From Acidobacteriota bacterium (GTDB taxonomy: Bacteria; Acidobacteriota; Blastocatellia; RBC074): 64,000 nucleotides of DNA. Position 1 is the first letter of the stretch; the number at the start of each line of letters is the position of its first letter. Of the stretch, positions 1-11,638 are shown in pieces. The DNA is taken from the NCBI GenBank assembly GCA_016710075.1, contig JADJLO010000002.1, forward strand, positions 59,488 to 123,487. Reading direction: 5' to 3'. The notes under the pieces were generated by a model that worked only from the letters and a program-made list of their open reading frames with translations, made no database searches and had not been told where the DNA came from. A program made the translations under genes and the position numbers.

Positions 1-442
1 CCATGATGCCGTTGCGTTCGTCAAAACCTGTATGGTGGACGATGTAATCGACTCCGAGGTCCTCCATCCATTTGCTGGCGGCGGCCTTGTCGTCGCAGGC
101 CATGTTGTCTCCCATGGCTTCGATGCCGAAATCGCGACAGGCTTTGACCACTGCTTTGATGGTCTCTTCGTGAGCGCGGGCCATGACTACCACGTGAGTG
201 GCGCCTGCCTTTGCCATCATCTCGGCTTCGAGATACCCGCCATCCATCGTTTTCAAATCGGCAACTATCGGATGATCGGGAAATTCGGCGCGCAGCGCCT
301 TCACTGCGTGCAGCCCCTCGGCCAGTATCAGCGGGGTTCCGGCTTCCAGCCAGTCGACTCCGGCTTCAACCGCAATTCGCGCCGTTTCTATTGCTTCTTT
401 AAGATCGGTCAGATCAAGTGATATTTGGACTATTGGTTTCAT
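1..442 (-). CDS. 3-hexulose-6-phosphate synthase / OMP-decarboxylase (HUMPS) family protein, runs off the window edge
   Basis: Not in the ORF track. Manual translation from ATG at 442: MKPIVQISLDLTDLKEAIETARIAVEAGVDWLEAGTPLILAEG...VADLKTMDGG. The EAGTPLI and DLKTMD motifs are typical of HPS/KGPDC. Confidence 0.85.
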   Translation of the reverse strand, partial: MKPIVQISLDLTDLKEAIETARIAVEAGVDWLEAGTPLILAEGLHAVKALRAEFPDHPIVADLKTMDGGYLEAEMMAKAGATHVVVMARAHEETIKAVVKACRDFGIEAMGDNMACDDKAAASKWMEDLGVDYIVHHTGFDERNGIM

Positions 443-452
443 AATGAAGAAG

Positions 453-797
453 GAGTTTAAAGTTCAAAGTTTAAGGTTCAAAGTCGTTGAGACCACGGGG
501 TTTTATGGGATAAAAACTTTGTAACTGCTCAGCCCTACTAACGGGTCTTCGTAGCGGAAAGTTCTTACCCAACCAGCCGGATTTCGTGGGAATAAAGGTA
601 TTTTTCATCGCCAAGAACGCCAAGGATTGATAGCCGGGATTTGGCCTGACATCTCGATTTTAGCCGGTTTTAAAAGTAAAGTATGAATCACTCCCTAAAT
701 CCTCTTGGCGTTCTTGGCGATGAAAAAGACCTTTATTCCCGCTTAATCCATCAAATACTAGAGACCAGGGGCTGAGCAGTTACAAAACTTTAAACTC
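453..797. repeat. Nested inverted-repeat intergenic element (MITE/REP-like)
   Basis: Three nested IR pairs: AAAGTTT-type tandem (453-484 / 785-797), perfect TTGTAACTGCTCAGCCC (519-535 / 769-785) and GGGAATAAAGG..CATCGCCAAGAACGCCAAG (588-626 / 700-740). Confidence 0.75.
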
Positions 798-798
798 T

Positions 799-1542
<744 letters not shown>

Positions 1543-1548
1543 ATTTTA

Positions 1549-2454
1549 TCAAGAGTTATTATTGATGAAGTCCACCACGACGTGAGCCAGTTCTTCACCC
1601 TTGTCTTCCTGAAGGAAATGGCCTGCGCCTGTGATGGTTGTGTGAGCCTGGCCCTGAGTGCCGGGGACTAGCTTGTGAAAGACCTTTTCGCCGTCGCGTG
1701 TGACGGGGTCGCTGTCGCTGAAAGCGGTCAGGAACGGCTTCTCCCATTTTGTCAGGACCTGCCAGGCTTTGCGGTTGGCTTCGGATGCCGGATCGTCGGG
1801 GCTGATCGGGACGAGCACCGGAAACTGGCGGGCGCCTTCTTTGTAAGAGTCGTCGGGAAAAGGTGCATTGTATGCTTCGATAACCTCAGGTGAGAGTTCA
1901 GTGACGCAGCCGCCTTTGATAATCCCGCCGACGTGAAATTTCTCAACGGTTTGCGAATATTCGCGCCAGCGCATGAAGCCTTCGGTCATTTTCTGATCGC
2001 CGGTCGGCAGGCCGGTGTTGGCGGCGACAATGCGCGCGAATCGTTCCGGGTTCTCTGCCGCAATTCGCAGGCCAAGCAGTCCTCCCCAGTCCTGGCAGAC
2101 CAGTGTCATGCCGGTGAGATCCAGCTTTTTGATGAAAGCGGTGAGGATGTCGATATGGAACTGGTAGGAATAGTCGTCGCGTCTGGCGAGCTTGTCCGAA
2201 CGGCCGAATCCGATCAGATCAGGTGCAATCGCGCGGTGACCCGCGGCCGTGATGATGGGGATCATCTTGCGATAGAGATATGCCCACGATGGCTCTCCGT
2301 GAAGAAGCAGAACCGGAGAGGCGCTTTCAGGTCCCTCATCGACGTAATGCACTCTCAAGCTTGTGCCTTTGTAATCGATCTCAAGATAGTGGGGTTGATA
2401 GTTCCATCCAGGCAGATTCGCGAAACGATCATCCGCTGTTCGTAAGGTTTCCAT
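1549..2454 (-). CDS. Haloalkane dehalogenase (alpha/beta hydrolase, DhmA/DhlA-like)
   Basis: LLHGEPSWAYLY oxyanion motif, QDWGG nucleophile Asp and GAGHFLQED catalytic His. Start moved to METLRT (2454) because it matches the family N-terminus. Confidence 0.9.
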   Translation of the reverse strand: METLRTADDRFANLPGWNYQPHYLEIDYKGTSLRVHYVDEGPESASPVLLLHGEPSWAYLYRKMIPIITAAGHRAIAPDLIGFGRSDKLARRDDYSYQFHIDILTAFIKKLDLTGMTLVCQDWGGLLGLRIAAENPERFARIVAANTGLPTGDQKMTEGFMRWREYSQTVEKFHVGGIIKGGCVTELSPEVIEAYNAPFPDDSYKEGARQFPVLVPISPDDPASEANRKAWQVLTKWEKPFLTAFSDSDPVTRDGEKVFHKLVPGTQGQAHTTITGAGHFLQEDKGEELAHVVVDFINNNS

Positions 2455-2667
2455 TGTCGATTTCCTTGAAGTAGTTAAGTGGATGCTGCCGGCTTTCTTG
2501 ACAGCTACTGACCGTACGGTTAAATTCAATTTCTTGTTGATTTGTTTCGATCCCAGAGCAAGGCATTATAAGATAATTGTCTTAAATTCAAAATCAAAAC
2601 CTGGCGACAGGAAAGCGCTCATCGTAGTTGACCCAACCTTCTGCAAGATGCGCAAGAGAGCATTGCC

Positions 2668-3474
2668 GTGAATATCATTGTCTGCCTCAAACAGATTCTC
2701 GATCCCGAGATCCCGGTTCGCGATTTCCGGGTCGATAGCGATAAAAAAGAAGCAACGCGCGGATCGGCCAATATGGTCACCAACATCTTCTGTGAGAATG
2801 CGCTGGAGACGGCGCTGCAGCTTCGAGAGAAGACGGGCGGAAAGATAACCGCGCTCATCTTCGGCTCGGTTGAGAGTGCGGAAGATTCGCTGCGCAAGGC
2901 GCTGGCCATGAAAGCAGATCAGGCGATGATGGTGATCAATGACGGCCATCCGCATCCCGATCCGCTTGCTGTTGCGCAGGTGCTGGCCGCGGCGATACGC
3001 AAAACAGGTGAATTCGATCTGGTCATGGTCGGACGCGAGTCCGGCGACTGGGGCGTAGGCCAGACAGGAGGGCTCATTGCCGAAGAACTCGGCATCCCAT
3101 GCGTTTCGTTCGTCGATCAGATTGAGTCCGGAGCAGACGGTCTGATCGTCAAACGCCAGACAGACACCGGATGGGAGAAGGCCGGCGCCCGACTGCCTCT
3201 CGTGGTTACCGTGACAAACAACGAATTCAACGTTCCCAGGATTCCCAAGACCCGCGACATTATGATGTCTTCGCGCCAGCCGATTACCAAATTGACGCTT
3301 GACGAGATCGGAGTGAACGCGGGGGAAGTCCGCGCCGGCGGCAGCTACTATCAGGTGGTCGATCTGAGCATCCCGGTCAAGGATGTCAATTGCGAGTTCG
3401 TCTCCGGTGATACGCTCGATGAGAAAGTCGGTAATCTGGCAAAGCGCATCATGGATATTGCACAGGCTTTATAA
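2668..3474 (+). CDS. etfB: Electron transfer flavoprotein beta subunit (FixA/EtfB)
   Basis: MNIIVCLKQILD start, ENALETAL and GRESGDWGVGQTGG motifs. Confidence 0.92.
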   Translation: MNIIVCLKQILDPEIPVRDFRVDSDKKEATRGSANMVTNIFCENALETALQLREKTGGKITALIFGSVESAEDSLRKALAMKADQAMMVINDGHPHPDPLAVAQVLAAAIRKTGEFDLVMVGRESGDWGVGQTGGLIAEELGIPCVSFVDQIESGADGLIVKRQTDTGWEKAGARLPLVVTVTNNEFNVPRIPKTRDIMMSSRQPITKLTLDEIGVNAGEVRAGGSYYQVVDLSIPVKDVNCEFVSGDTLDEKVGNLAKRIMDIAQAL

Positions 3475-3511
3475 GCATAAATAGTTATTATCAAAAAATA
3501 TTGGATCAAAT

Positions 3512-4477
3512 ATGAGCAACGTAGTTGTCTGTCTTTTTTCAGCATCCGGGTATGATCGTGCGGCGCAGGGAGTCGCCGGGGCCGGCAGGCGCCTTGCGGA
3601 CTCTCTCGGCGCAAAGATGCATATTGTTGCAATAGGCCCAAGCAATCCCGATTTCAACTCTCAGGCGGCAGCCGTTGCGGATTCAGTAATTGTTGCCGAC
3701 CAGGCTGAGCTTTCGGAGTATCAGCCGGAGATTTGCCTCGAAGCGCTCAAACAGCTTTGCCGGCCGCTGGAGCCGCGCGCGGTGATTCTGAGCAACGACA
3801 CATGGAGCCAGGAACTGGCGCCGCGACTGGCTCACCGGCTGGGCGGAAGCGCAGCCGGCGACTGCCTCGATCTGACGGTCGTCGATGGTTCGATCCGCAT
3901 CAAACGCAGCGTATACGGAGGCAAGGCGGTCGCGACAATCGAGCTGAAGCGATCACCGGCCGTGGCCTGGGTGCGCTCGCGGGCTTTCGATCCGGCAGCT
4001 TTAGCTGCATCGACTGGCGAGATAAAACACGCATCTGCCGAAATAAAACCCGATGACCGGACACGGATCGTCGAGCGGAAATCAGAGACTTCCGGCGAAG
4101 CCAGACTCGAAGATGCCAAATTGATCATCTCCGGCGGCCGCGGGCTTGGCGGACCTGAGCCATTCAAGGATTTACAGGAAGTTGCGGCGATGCTTGGCGG
4201 TCAGGTTGGGGCTTCCCGCGCTGCCTGCGATTCCGGATGGTGTCCGCCTTCGTGGCAAATAGGACAGACCGGCAAGAAGGTCGCCCCGGGACTCTATCTT
4301 GCCGTCGCAATTCAGGGCGCCAGCCAGCATATCGCCGGCATGTCCGATTCGAAAGTAGTCGCTGCCGTCAATATCGACCCCGATGCGCCGATCTTCAAAC
4401 ACTGCAAATTCGGCATCGTCGAGGATTACAAAAAAGTCATCCCGCTGCTCAAAGAGAAGCTGGCAGCCATGAAATAG
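3512..4477 (+). CDS. etfA: Electron transfer flavoprotein alpha subunit (FixB/EtfA)
   Basis: ISGGRGLG, VGASRAACDSGW, QIGQTGK, ISGA-like IQGASQH and AVNIDPDAPIF motifs. Confidence 0.93.
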   Translation: MSNVVVCLFSASGYDRAAQGVAGAGRRLADSLGAKMHIVAIGPSNPDFNSQAAAVADSVIVADQAELSEYQPEICLEALKQLCRPLEPRAVILSNDTWSQELAPRLAHRLGGSAAGDCLDLTVVDGSIRIKRSVYGGKAVATIELKRSPAVAWVRSRAFDPAALAASTGEIKHASAEIKPDDRTRIVERKSETSGEARLEDAKLIISGGRGLGGPEPFKDLQEVAAMLGGQVGASRAACDSGWCPPSWQIGQTGKKVAPGLYLAVAIQGASQHIAGMSDSKVVAAVNIDPDAPIFKHCKFGIVEDYKKVIPLLKEKLAAMK

Positions 4478-4555
4478 AGTTTATATGTGAGTAGTCGGTT
4501 GGCAGTTGGCGACCGGCTACTATTCTTTAAACCTCCTCTTTCGTAACCAGGAAAC

Positions 4556-6589
<2,034 letters not shown>

Positions 6590-6633
6590 TTTTATCGTTC
6601 AGAGTTCAAATCGAATCAAGGAGTAAATTAATC

Positions 6634-7809
6634 ATGGATCTTAAGTTAACGGCAGAGGAGATGCGGTTCCGTGACGAGCTGCGAGCCTGGCTGCAAGCCA
6701 ATGTGCCGCCGCCGTGGACCGGTACCACTCACGAGGAGGGAAAGGGGCCCTATTTTGAGTTCCTTCGCAAATGGCAGAAGAAGGTTTTTGAAGGAGGATG
6801 GACCGGCCTCTCATGGCCGAAAGAATTCGGCGGGCGCGGCGCAAGGCTGATCGAGCAGTCGATCTTCCAGGAAGAATGGGCGAGAGCCGAAGCCCCTCCA
6901 TTGATCAACGTTCTGGGAATGTCGCTCATCGGGCCGACGATCATTGCCGTCGGAACCGAAGACCAGAAGAAACGATATCTCTCGAAAATTCTGTCGGGAG
7001 AAGAGATCTGGTGCCAGGGATTCTCCGAACCCAATGCGGGCAGCGATGTGGCGGGATTGAGCACCAAAGCGATGATCGATGGTGATCATTTCATCGTCAA
7101 CGGTCAGAAGATCTGGACCAGTCTGGCCCACGCCGCCGATTACTGCCTGCTTCTTGTCCGGACGGATCCAACCGCGCCAAAACACAAGGGCATCACCGCG
7201 CTGCTCGTCGACATGCACAGTCCCGGCGTGACCGTTCGCCCGCTCAAGCAGATGACCGCCGATTCGAGCTTCAATGAAGTCTTCTTCGACAATGTTCGGG
7301 TGCCGATGTCGAACATCCTCGGCGAAATCAACAGGGGCTGGGGCACCGCCATTGCTACGCTGATGAATGAACGAGCTCACCTCGGCTCGGGAATTTACAT
7401 TCAATTCAAGAAGAATTTCGATACTCTCATCTCGCGTTCGCGGGAAACCAGACGCGGAGGACGCGCTGTCAGTCAGGATCCGGTCCTGCGACAGAAGCTG
7501 GCTCAGTCTCACATCGAGCTGGAGATTTTCCGTCTGACCACAATGCGTGCGCTGAGCAAGATGCAGCACCAAAGCATCCCCGGCCCGGAAGGCTCGATCC
7601 TTAAACTGCAGTGGAGCGAGCTCAACCAGCGGTTGGCGCAGACATCGATGGAGACTCTCGGAGCTCAGTCCCAACTCTGGAGCACGGATGAAGGGCGCTG
7701 GGTCTACAACTTCCTGCGATCGCGCGGCAATACAATAGAAGCAGGCACCAGCGAGATTCAGCGCAATATCATTGCTGAACGCGTTCTCGGTCTGCCGAAA
7801 AGTTATTGA
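6634..7809 (+). CDS. Acyl-CoA dehydrogenase (FadE26/ChsE-type catalytic subunit)
   Basis: WCQGFSEPNAGSD, NGQKIWTS, FNEVFFDNVRVP, LMNER and TIEAGTSEIQRNII motifs. Confidence 0.92.
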   Translation: MDLKLTAEEMRFRDELRAWLQANVPPPWTGTTHEEGKGPYFEFLRKWQKKVFEGGWTGLSWPKEFGGRGARLIEQSIFQEEWARAEAPPLINVLGMSLIGPTIIAVGTEDQKKRYLSKILSGEEIWCQGFSEPNAGSDVAGLSTKAMIDGDHFIVNGQKIWTSLAHAADYCLLLVRTDPTAPKHKGITALLVDMHSPGVTVRPLKQMTADSSFNEVFFDNVRVPMSNILGEINRGWGTAIATLMNERAHLGSGIYIQFKKNFDTLISRSRETRRGGRAVSQDPVLRQKLAQSHIELEIFRLTTMRALSKMQHQSIPGPEGSILKLQWSELNQRLAQTSMETLGAQSQLWSTDEGRWVYNFLRSRGNTIEAGTSEIQRNIIAERVLGLPKSY

Positions 7810-7812
7810 GGG

Positions 7813-7927
7813 GAGTTGTCAGTTATCGGTTGCCGGTTGTCGGTTGAATCCAGCGAAGTGAGAACGATGCGGATTACAACCAATAACCGGCAGCCAATAA
7901 CCAACAACCGACAACTGAAAACTGACT
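7813..7927. repeat. Intergenic inverted repeat of tandem GGTTG(T/C)C / CAACCGA motifs
   Basis: GTTGTCAGTTATCGGTTGCCGGTTGTCGGTTG (7815-7846) faces CAACCAATAACCGGCAGCCAATAACCAACAACCGACAACTG (7877-7917). A similar small hairpin lies at 4490-4522. Confidence 0.65.
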
Positions 7928-7952
7928 ACTTATAACTAAAAGCTAAAACATC

Positions 7953-9080
7953 ATGGACTTCGATCTCTCAAAAGCACAAAAACTATTGCAACAATCCTCG
8001 CGTGACTTTTTCGTTCGTGAATGCAAACCCGAGCGAGTCCGCGAATTGATGGCTACTGAAACCGCTTACGATGAAAGCCTCTGGCGCGCCATTGCGGATC
8101 AGGGATGGACGGGACTGATCATTCCCGAGGAATACGGAGGGTTAGGCCTGGGGCTTGTCGATCTCGTCGCGGTTGTCGAGGAGATGGGGAGAGCCTGTCT
8201 GCCGGGCCCTTTTCTTTCGACTCTCTGGGCGGCGGCTCTGATCGAGCGCGCCGGCAGCGAGGGCCAGCGGAAGCAGTACCTCGAACCAATCTCGGCCGGC
8301 GATTTGAAAGCGACAGTTGCGCTGCTTGAAGAGGAAGCCGACTGGAATCCTGCCGCTGTCACCATGCGCGCGGAGAAAGACGGCAAGACCTTCAAGCTTC
8401 GCGGCCGCAAGGAATATGTCACCGATGCCGCCGTCGCCGATGTCATCATCTGCGTGGCGCGAGACAATGATGGTCTCGTTTTTCTCCCGGTCGAAAAGGG
8501 CGCCAGGGGAGTCAAGATCACTCCTATGTCCGGCCTCGATCAGACACGCAAACTCTACAGCGTCGATTTCGACGATGTCGCAATTCAGGAAGCTGATGCG
8601 CTGGCGTTTACCACCAAACCTCAGGATGCGTTCGAGGCCGCGACTGACATCGCCAATGTCGCCATCTGCGCCGAGATGGTGGGCCTGATGCAATGGACTC
8701 TTGACGCGACGGTTGACTATGCCAAGACGCGCCAGCAATTCGGACGCTCGATCGGCATTTATCAGGCGGTTCAGCATCAGTGCGCCGATATGTATCTCAT
8801 GACGGAGAGTGCCCGCTCGGCTGCTTATTATGCCGCGTGGACAGTCTCGGAGAATGACCCGGCCGCAAAACTGGCTGTCTCCGTGGCCAAATCATACTGC
8901 TCCGATGGCGCCCGCGAAGTCGGCAACCGTGGGGTTCAGGTTCACGGTGGCATCGGCTTCACCTGGGAACATAACATTCACCTCTACTACAAACGCGCCA
9001 AAAGCTCCGAAATCATGTTCGGCGATGCCAATTATCACCGGGAAAAGGTTGCTTCAAAAGTTATTGATGAGGCCGATTAA
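7953..9080 (+). CDS. Acyl-CoA dehydrogenase family partner subunit (FadE27-like)
   Basis: ACAD fold, RQQFGRSIGIYQAVQH and QVHGGIGFTWEH. Lacks the SEP.AGSD motif and is adjacent to the first ACAD. Confidence 0.88.
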   Translation: MDFDLSKAQKLLQQSSRDFFVRECKPERVRELMATETAYDESLWRAIADQGWTGLIIPEEYGGLGLGLVDLVAVVEEMGRACLPGPFLSTLWAAALIERAGSEGQRKQYLEPISAGDLKATVALLEEEADWNPAAVTMRAEKDGKTFKLRGRKEYVTDAAVADVIICVARDNDGLVFLPVEKGARGVKITPMSGLDQTRKLYSVDFDDVAIQEADALAFTTKPQDAFEAATDIANVAICAEMVGLMQWTLDATVDYAKTRQQFGRSIGIYQAVQHQCADMYLMTESARSAAYYAAWTVSENDPAAKLAVSVAKSYCSDGAREVGNRGVQVHGGIGFTWEHNIHLYYKRAKSSEIMFGDANYHREKVASKVIDEAD

Positions 9081-9207
9081 CCGCAACTTTCTCAAAGATT
9101 TTGTGACTTTCGCAACTGACCCGCCGTCTTATGTCCGGCAGCTTATGCCATCTATTGACGTTTTTGCGTCAGCAATGGTCAGGATAAGAAAACTTTAAGG
9201 GGGAAAG

Positions 9208-9774
9208 ATGAAGAAAATATTTGTGAGTGCGACACTTCTCGCCGTGATGATGATCGGGTTGAGTGCAATCAGCTTCGCGCAGGCGAAAGAAGCGGCAAAC
9301 TTTGCCGGGACCTGGGCTCTTGATAAAGCGAAGAGTGAAGGGTTGCCGCCGATGATGGCGAATGCAGAAGGTGTCACGTGGGTTGTGACGCAGGATGGCG
9401 GTCAGTTGACCCGCGAGCAGAAGGTTGAGGGCGCCCCGGCGCCTCCAGCAGGTGGCCCCGGCGGCGGTGGCGGCGGCAGAGGCGGCGGCATGGGCGGCGG
9501 AGGCCCCATGACGGTCAAACTCGATGGCAGTGAATCTGTCACGGATGTGCCGCGTATTTCCGGCAAATCCACCACAAAGGTCAAGTGGATGGATGGCGGG
9601 AAGATGCTCGAAGTCAGCACCGTCATGAGCGGCAGCATGGGTGGCAACGATTTCACCGCAACCACGACCGAGCATTGGGAACTGGCCGATGGCGGCAAAA
9701 CCCTGAAGGTTCATCGCACTTCAGAGAGCCCGCGCGGCACCCAGGAATCGAAGATGGTCTTTACCAAAAAGTAA
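9208..9774 (+). CDS. Secreted hypothetical beta-barrel-like protein with Gly-rich insert
   Basis: RBS-like GGGGA, signal peptide, NFAGTWALDKAKS and a PGGGGGGRGGGMGGG loop; such Gly-rich secreted proteins are common in Acidobacteriota. Confidence 0.75.
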   Translation: MKKIFVSATLLAVMMIGLSAISFAQAKEAANFAGTWALDKAKSEGLPPMMANAEGVTWVVTQDGGQLTREQKVEGAPAPPAGGPGGGGGGRGGGMGGGGPMTVKLDGSESVTDVPRISGKSTTKVKWMDGGKMLEVSTVMSGSMGGNDFTATTTEHWELADGGKTLKVHRTSESPRGTQESKMVFTKK

Positions 9775-9798
9775 TCACCAGTTTTCGGTTAATCAATA

Positions 9799-9852
9799 AA
9801 ACAGGCGATACAATACCGAAACCGGTGATGTATCGCCTGTTCTTGTTTTTTT
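9799..9852 (+). terminator. Putative intrinsic terminator
   Basis: AACAGGCGATACA ... TGTATCGCCTGTT stem followed by a T-rich tract, between convergent genes. Confidence 0.55.
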
Positions 9853-9876
9853 TACTGATGCAGGCACAAATCGGCA

Positions 9877-10440
9877 TCAAGACAGTTTCTTGACCAGCCC
9901 CTGCATCAGTTTGAATTCAGGTGTGCCGGCGCTGCAGAGTTCAAAGAGAGCCATTTCGATTGAAGAAATAATCGCTCCCGCCTTTTCGAGGCGGTTGATC
10001 GCCACTTCGCGATTTCGTGTGAGTCTGGTAGCTATCGCATCGCTCAAAAGATGGACCTGATAGCCGTTGACGAGCAGATCGTGGGCGGTCTGGCTGACGC
10101 AGATATGAGCCTCGATGCCGCAGAGCATGACCTGTTCGATGTGAAACTCGCGCAGCCTTGTGTCGAATTCCTGAACACCGCAGGCAGAAAACGAGAGCTT
10201 CTCGATCGGATCGGCTCCTTCTCTGAAATGCAGGGATACTTCAGAAGCAGTCTGACCGAGACCTTTCGGATATTGTTCGGTAACGATGACCGGTAGATCG
10301 AGCAGATTGCAGGCCTGCACCAGTATGGCTATCCGCTCTGCAACGACCTCGAAATCGGGAATGATCGCTCGAAAACCCTCCTGCATATCGATCAATGCAA
10401 GCGCTGTGTTTTTGCGTTTCAGAAGTGAAGCATGTCTCAT
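9877..10440 (-). CDS. Isochorismatase/cysteine hydrolase family protein
   Basis: LIDMQE, TEQYPKGLG, EKLSFSAC and GIEAHICV motifs. Confidence 0.9.
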   Translation of the reverse strand: MRHASLLKRKNTALALIDMQEGFRAIIPDFEVVAERIAILVQACNLLDLPVIVTEQYPKGLGQTASEVSLHFREGADPIEKLSFSACGVQEFDTRLREFHIEQVMLCGIEAHICVSQTAHDLLVNGYQVHLLSDAIATRLTRNREVAINRLEKAGAIISSIEMALFELCSAGTPEFKLMQGLVKKLS

Positions 10441-10690
10441 AGATCACCGTAAAATAGCCGCCTGTCCAGGTCGGGCTTTATTGATCACATCTATTTTCAA
10501 ACAGTTCGTGACAACTGCACGACAATTGATTGCGATATTGCATTTGACAGCAAAAGGGGTTGAAAGGGTCAGGTAAATGGTTCGGGATAACGCAAAGCCC
10601 GATCTTTTCAGCCCCGATAAAGACAGGCTGTCCGGGTTTAGATTACGCAGTTGGGGTGTGATCGTTGGGAGCTCGGACAGCCTTATTTTT

Positions 10691-11635
10691 TTAGTTTCCG
10701 CTTCTGACGGGAGTTGCCGCAGGCGGAGTCAGGGCCGGATCGCTCGTCACCCAGGCGGTCCACCATAGATCTCTCAGCATCTGAGTTCCCGCAGCGAGTC
10801 TTTCAATCACAAATTTTTTATGTTCCGGCGATCGATTCGCAGCGCTGAACGGCTCTTTCTTGTCCAGAATATAAAGCTGTTCGACCAGTGCATTTGAGGA
10901 TTTGAGAAACTTCCAGATTTCATCGCGTGGATTTTCGATGAGACGCGCATTCTGGCTGACGGATGGAGCGACGTCATTAAGCTTTATCTGAGCTGCGACA
11001 AATTCCTCTTCAAACCGGAAATGGATTCCGCGGTCGCGGGTGAAGACCGTGTAGCCATTGGGATTATTTCCGCTCCAGCCGTTGTAATGAATTGTTGTGT
11101 GATGCGGGTTTGCGACATCGCTGACGTAATGTCCGAGAATTCCGGCATCGTTGATGATCCGCTCTTCTATCCAGCGGCGTTTCTTCGAATCCTTCTCGGC
11201 ACGCCATAATCTGAATTCAACACGGACAGTCTGGAAAAGTTCGAGGATGCGGTAGGGAACAAATCCGGCCGTAGTAGGTTTTTGTCCGGCCTTGATCATT
11301 TCAGATGTGAAGTCGTAACGATTCATGGCCTTCATCGCCGATGGCGGAACGAGTTCCATATCGAGAAAGTGGTCTGGAGCATAGGCCGAATCCATGGCCC
11401 TGTCGATGTTCGATTCCGTGCGGTCTCTCCAGCGGTCGGGTTCCGGATTGAGGTAACTCAATCGATCGGCTGACTGACGGAAGAATTTGGGCATCTCCGA
11501 GGGAAGTTTCATGGCGGCTGCGCGGCCGGATATCTCGTGACCCAGTTGCCCCCATCCCCTCACGTCGGATGACCGGAGAAGAAGCATTGAAAGCGCAATC
11601 AGGATAAAAACTGCTGGTCTTAAGGTTTTATTCAT
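10691..11635 (-). CDS. Secreted S1/P1 nuclease / zinc phospholipase C-like protein
   Basis: Signal peptide then WG..GH; HFLD; GHYVSDVANPHH; IHFRFE (zinc-binding pattern of the P1 nuclease fold). Confidence 0.75.
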   Translation of the reverse strand: MNKTLRPAVFILIALSMLLLRSSDVRGWGQLGHEISGRAAAMKLPSEMPKFFRQSADRLSYLNPEPDRWRDRTESNIDRAMDSAYAPDHFLDMELVPPSAMKAMNRYDFTSEMIKAGQKPTTAGFVPYRILELFQTVRVEFRLWRAEKDSKKRRWIEERIINDAGILGHYVSDVANPHHTTIHYNGWSGNNPNGYTVFTRDRGIHFRFEEEFVAAQIKLNDVAPSVSQNARLIENPRDEIWKFLKSSNALVEQLYILDKKEPFSAANRSPEHKKFVIERLAAGTQMLRDLWWTAWVTSDPALTPPAATPVRSGN

Positions 11636-11638
11636 TGT

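Noticed and set aside
32-421. Plus-strand 129-aa ORF and the many other long antisense or shadow ORFs in the track
   Set aside because: They lie opposite recognisable genes (here HPS on the minus strand) and show no motifs; typical GC-rich shadow frames.
10540-10625. TPP or c-di-GMP-I riboswitch
   Set aside because: Only fragments (GGGGCTGA, ACCTGA, ACGCAAAG) are present, in the wrong spacing and without the remaining conserved core.
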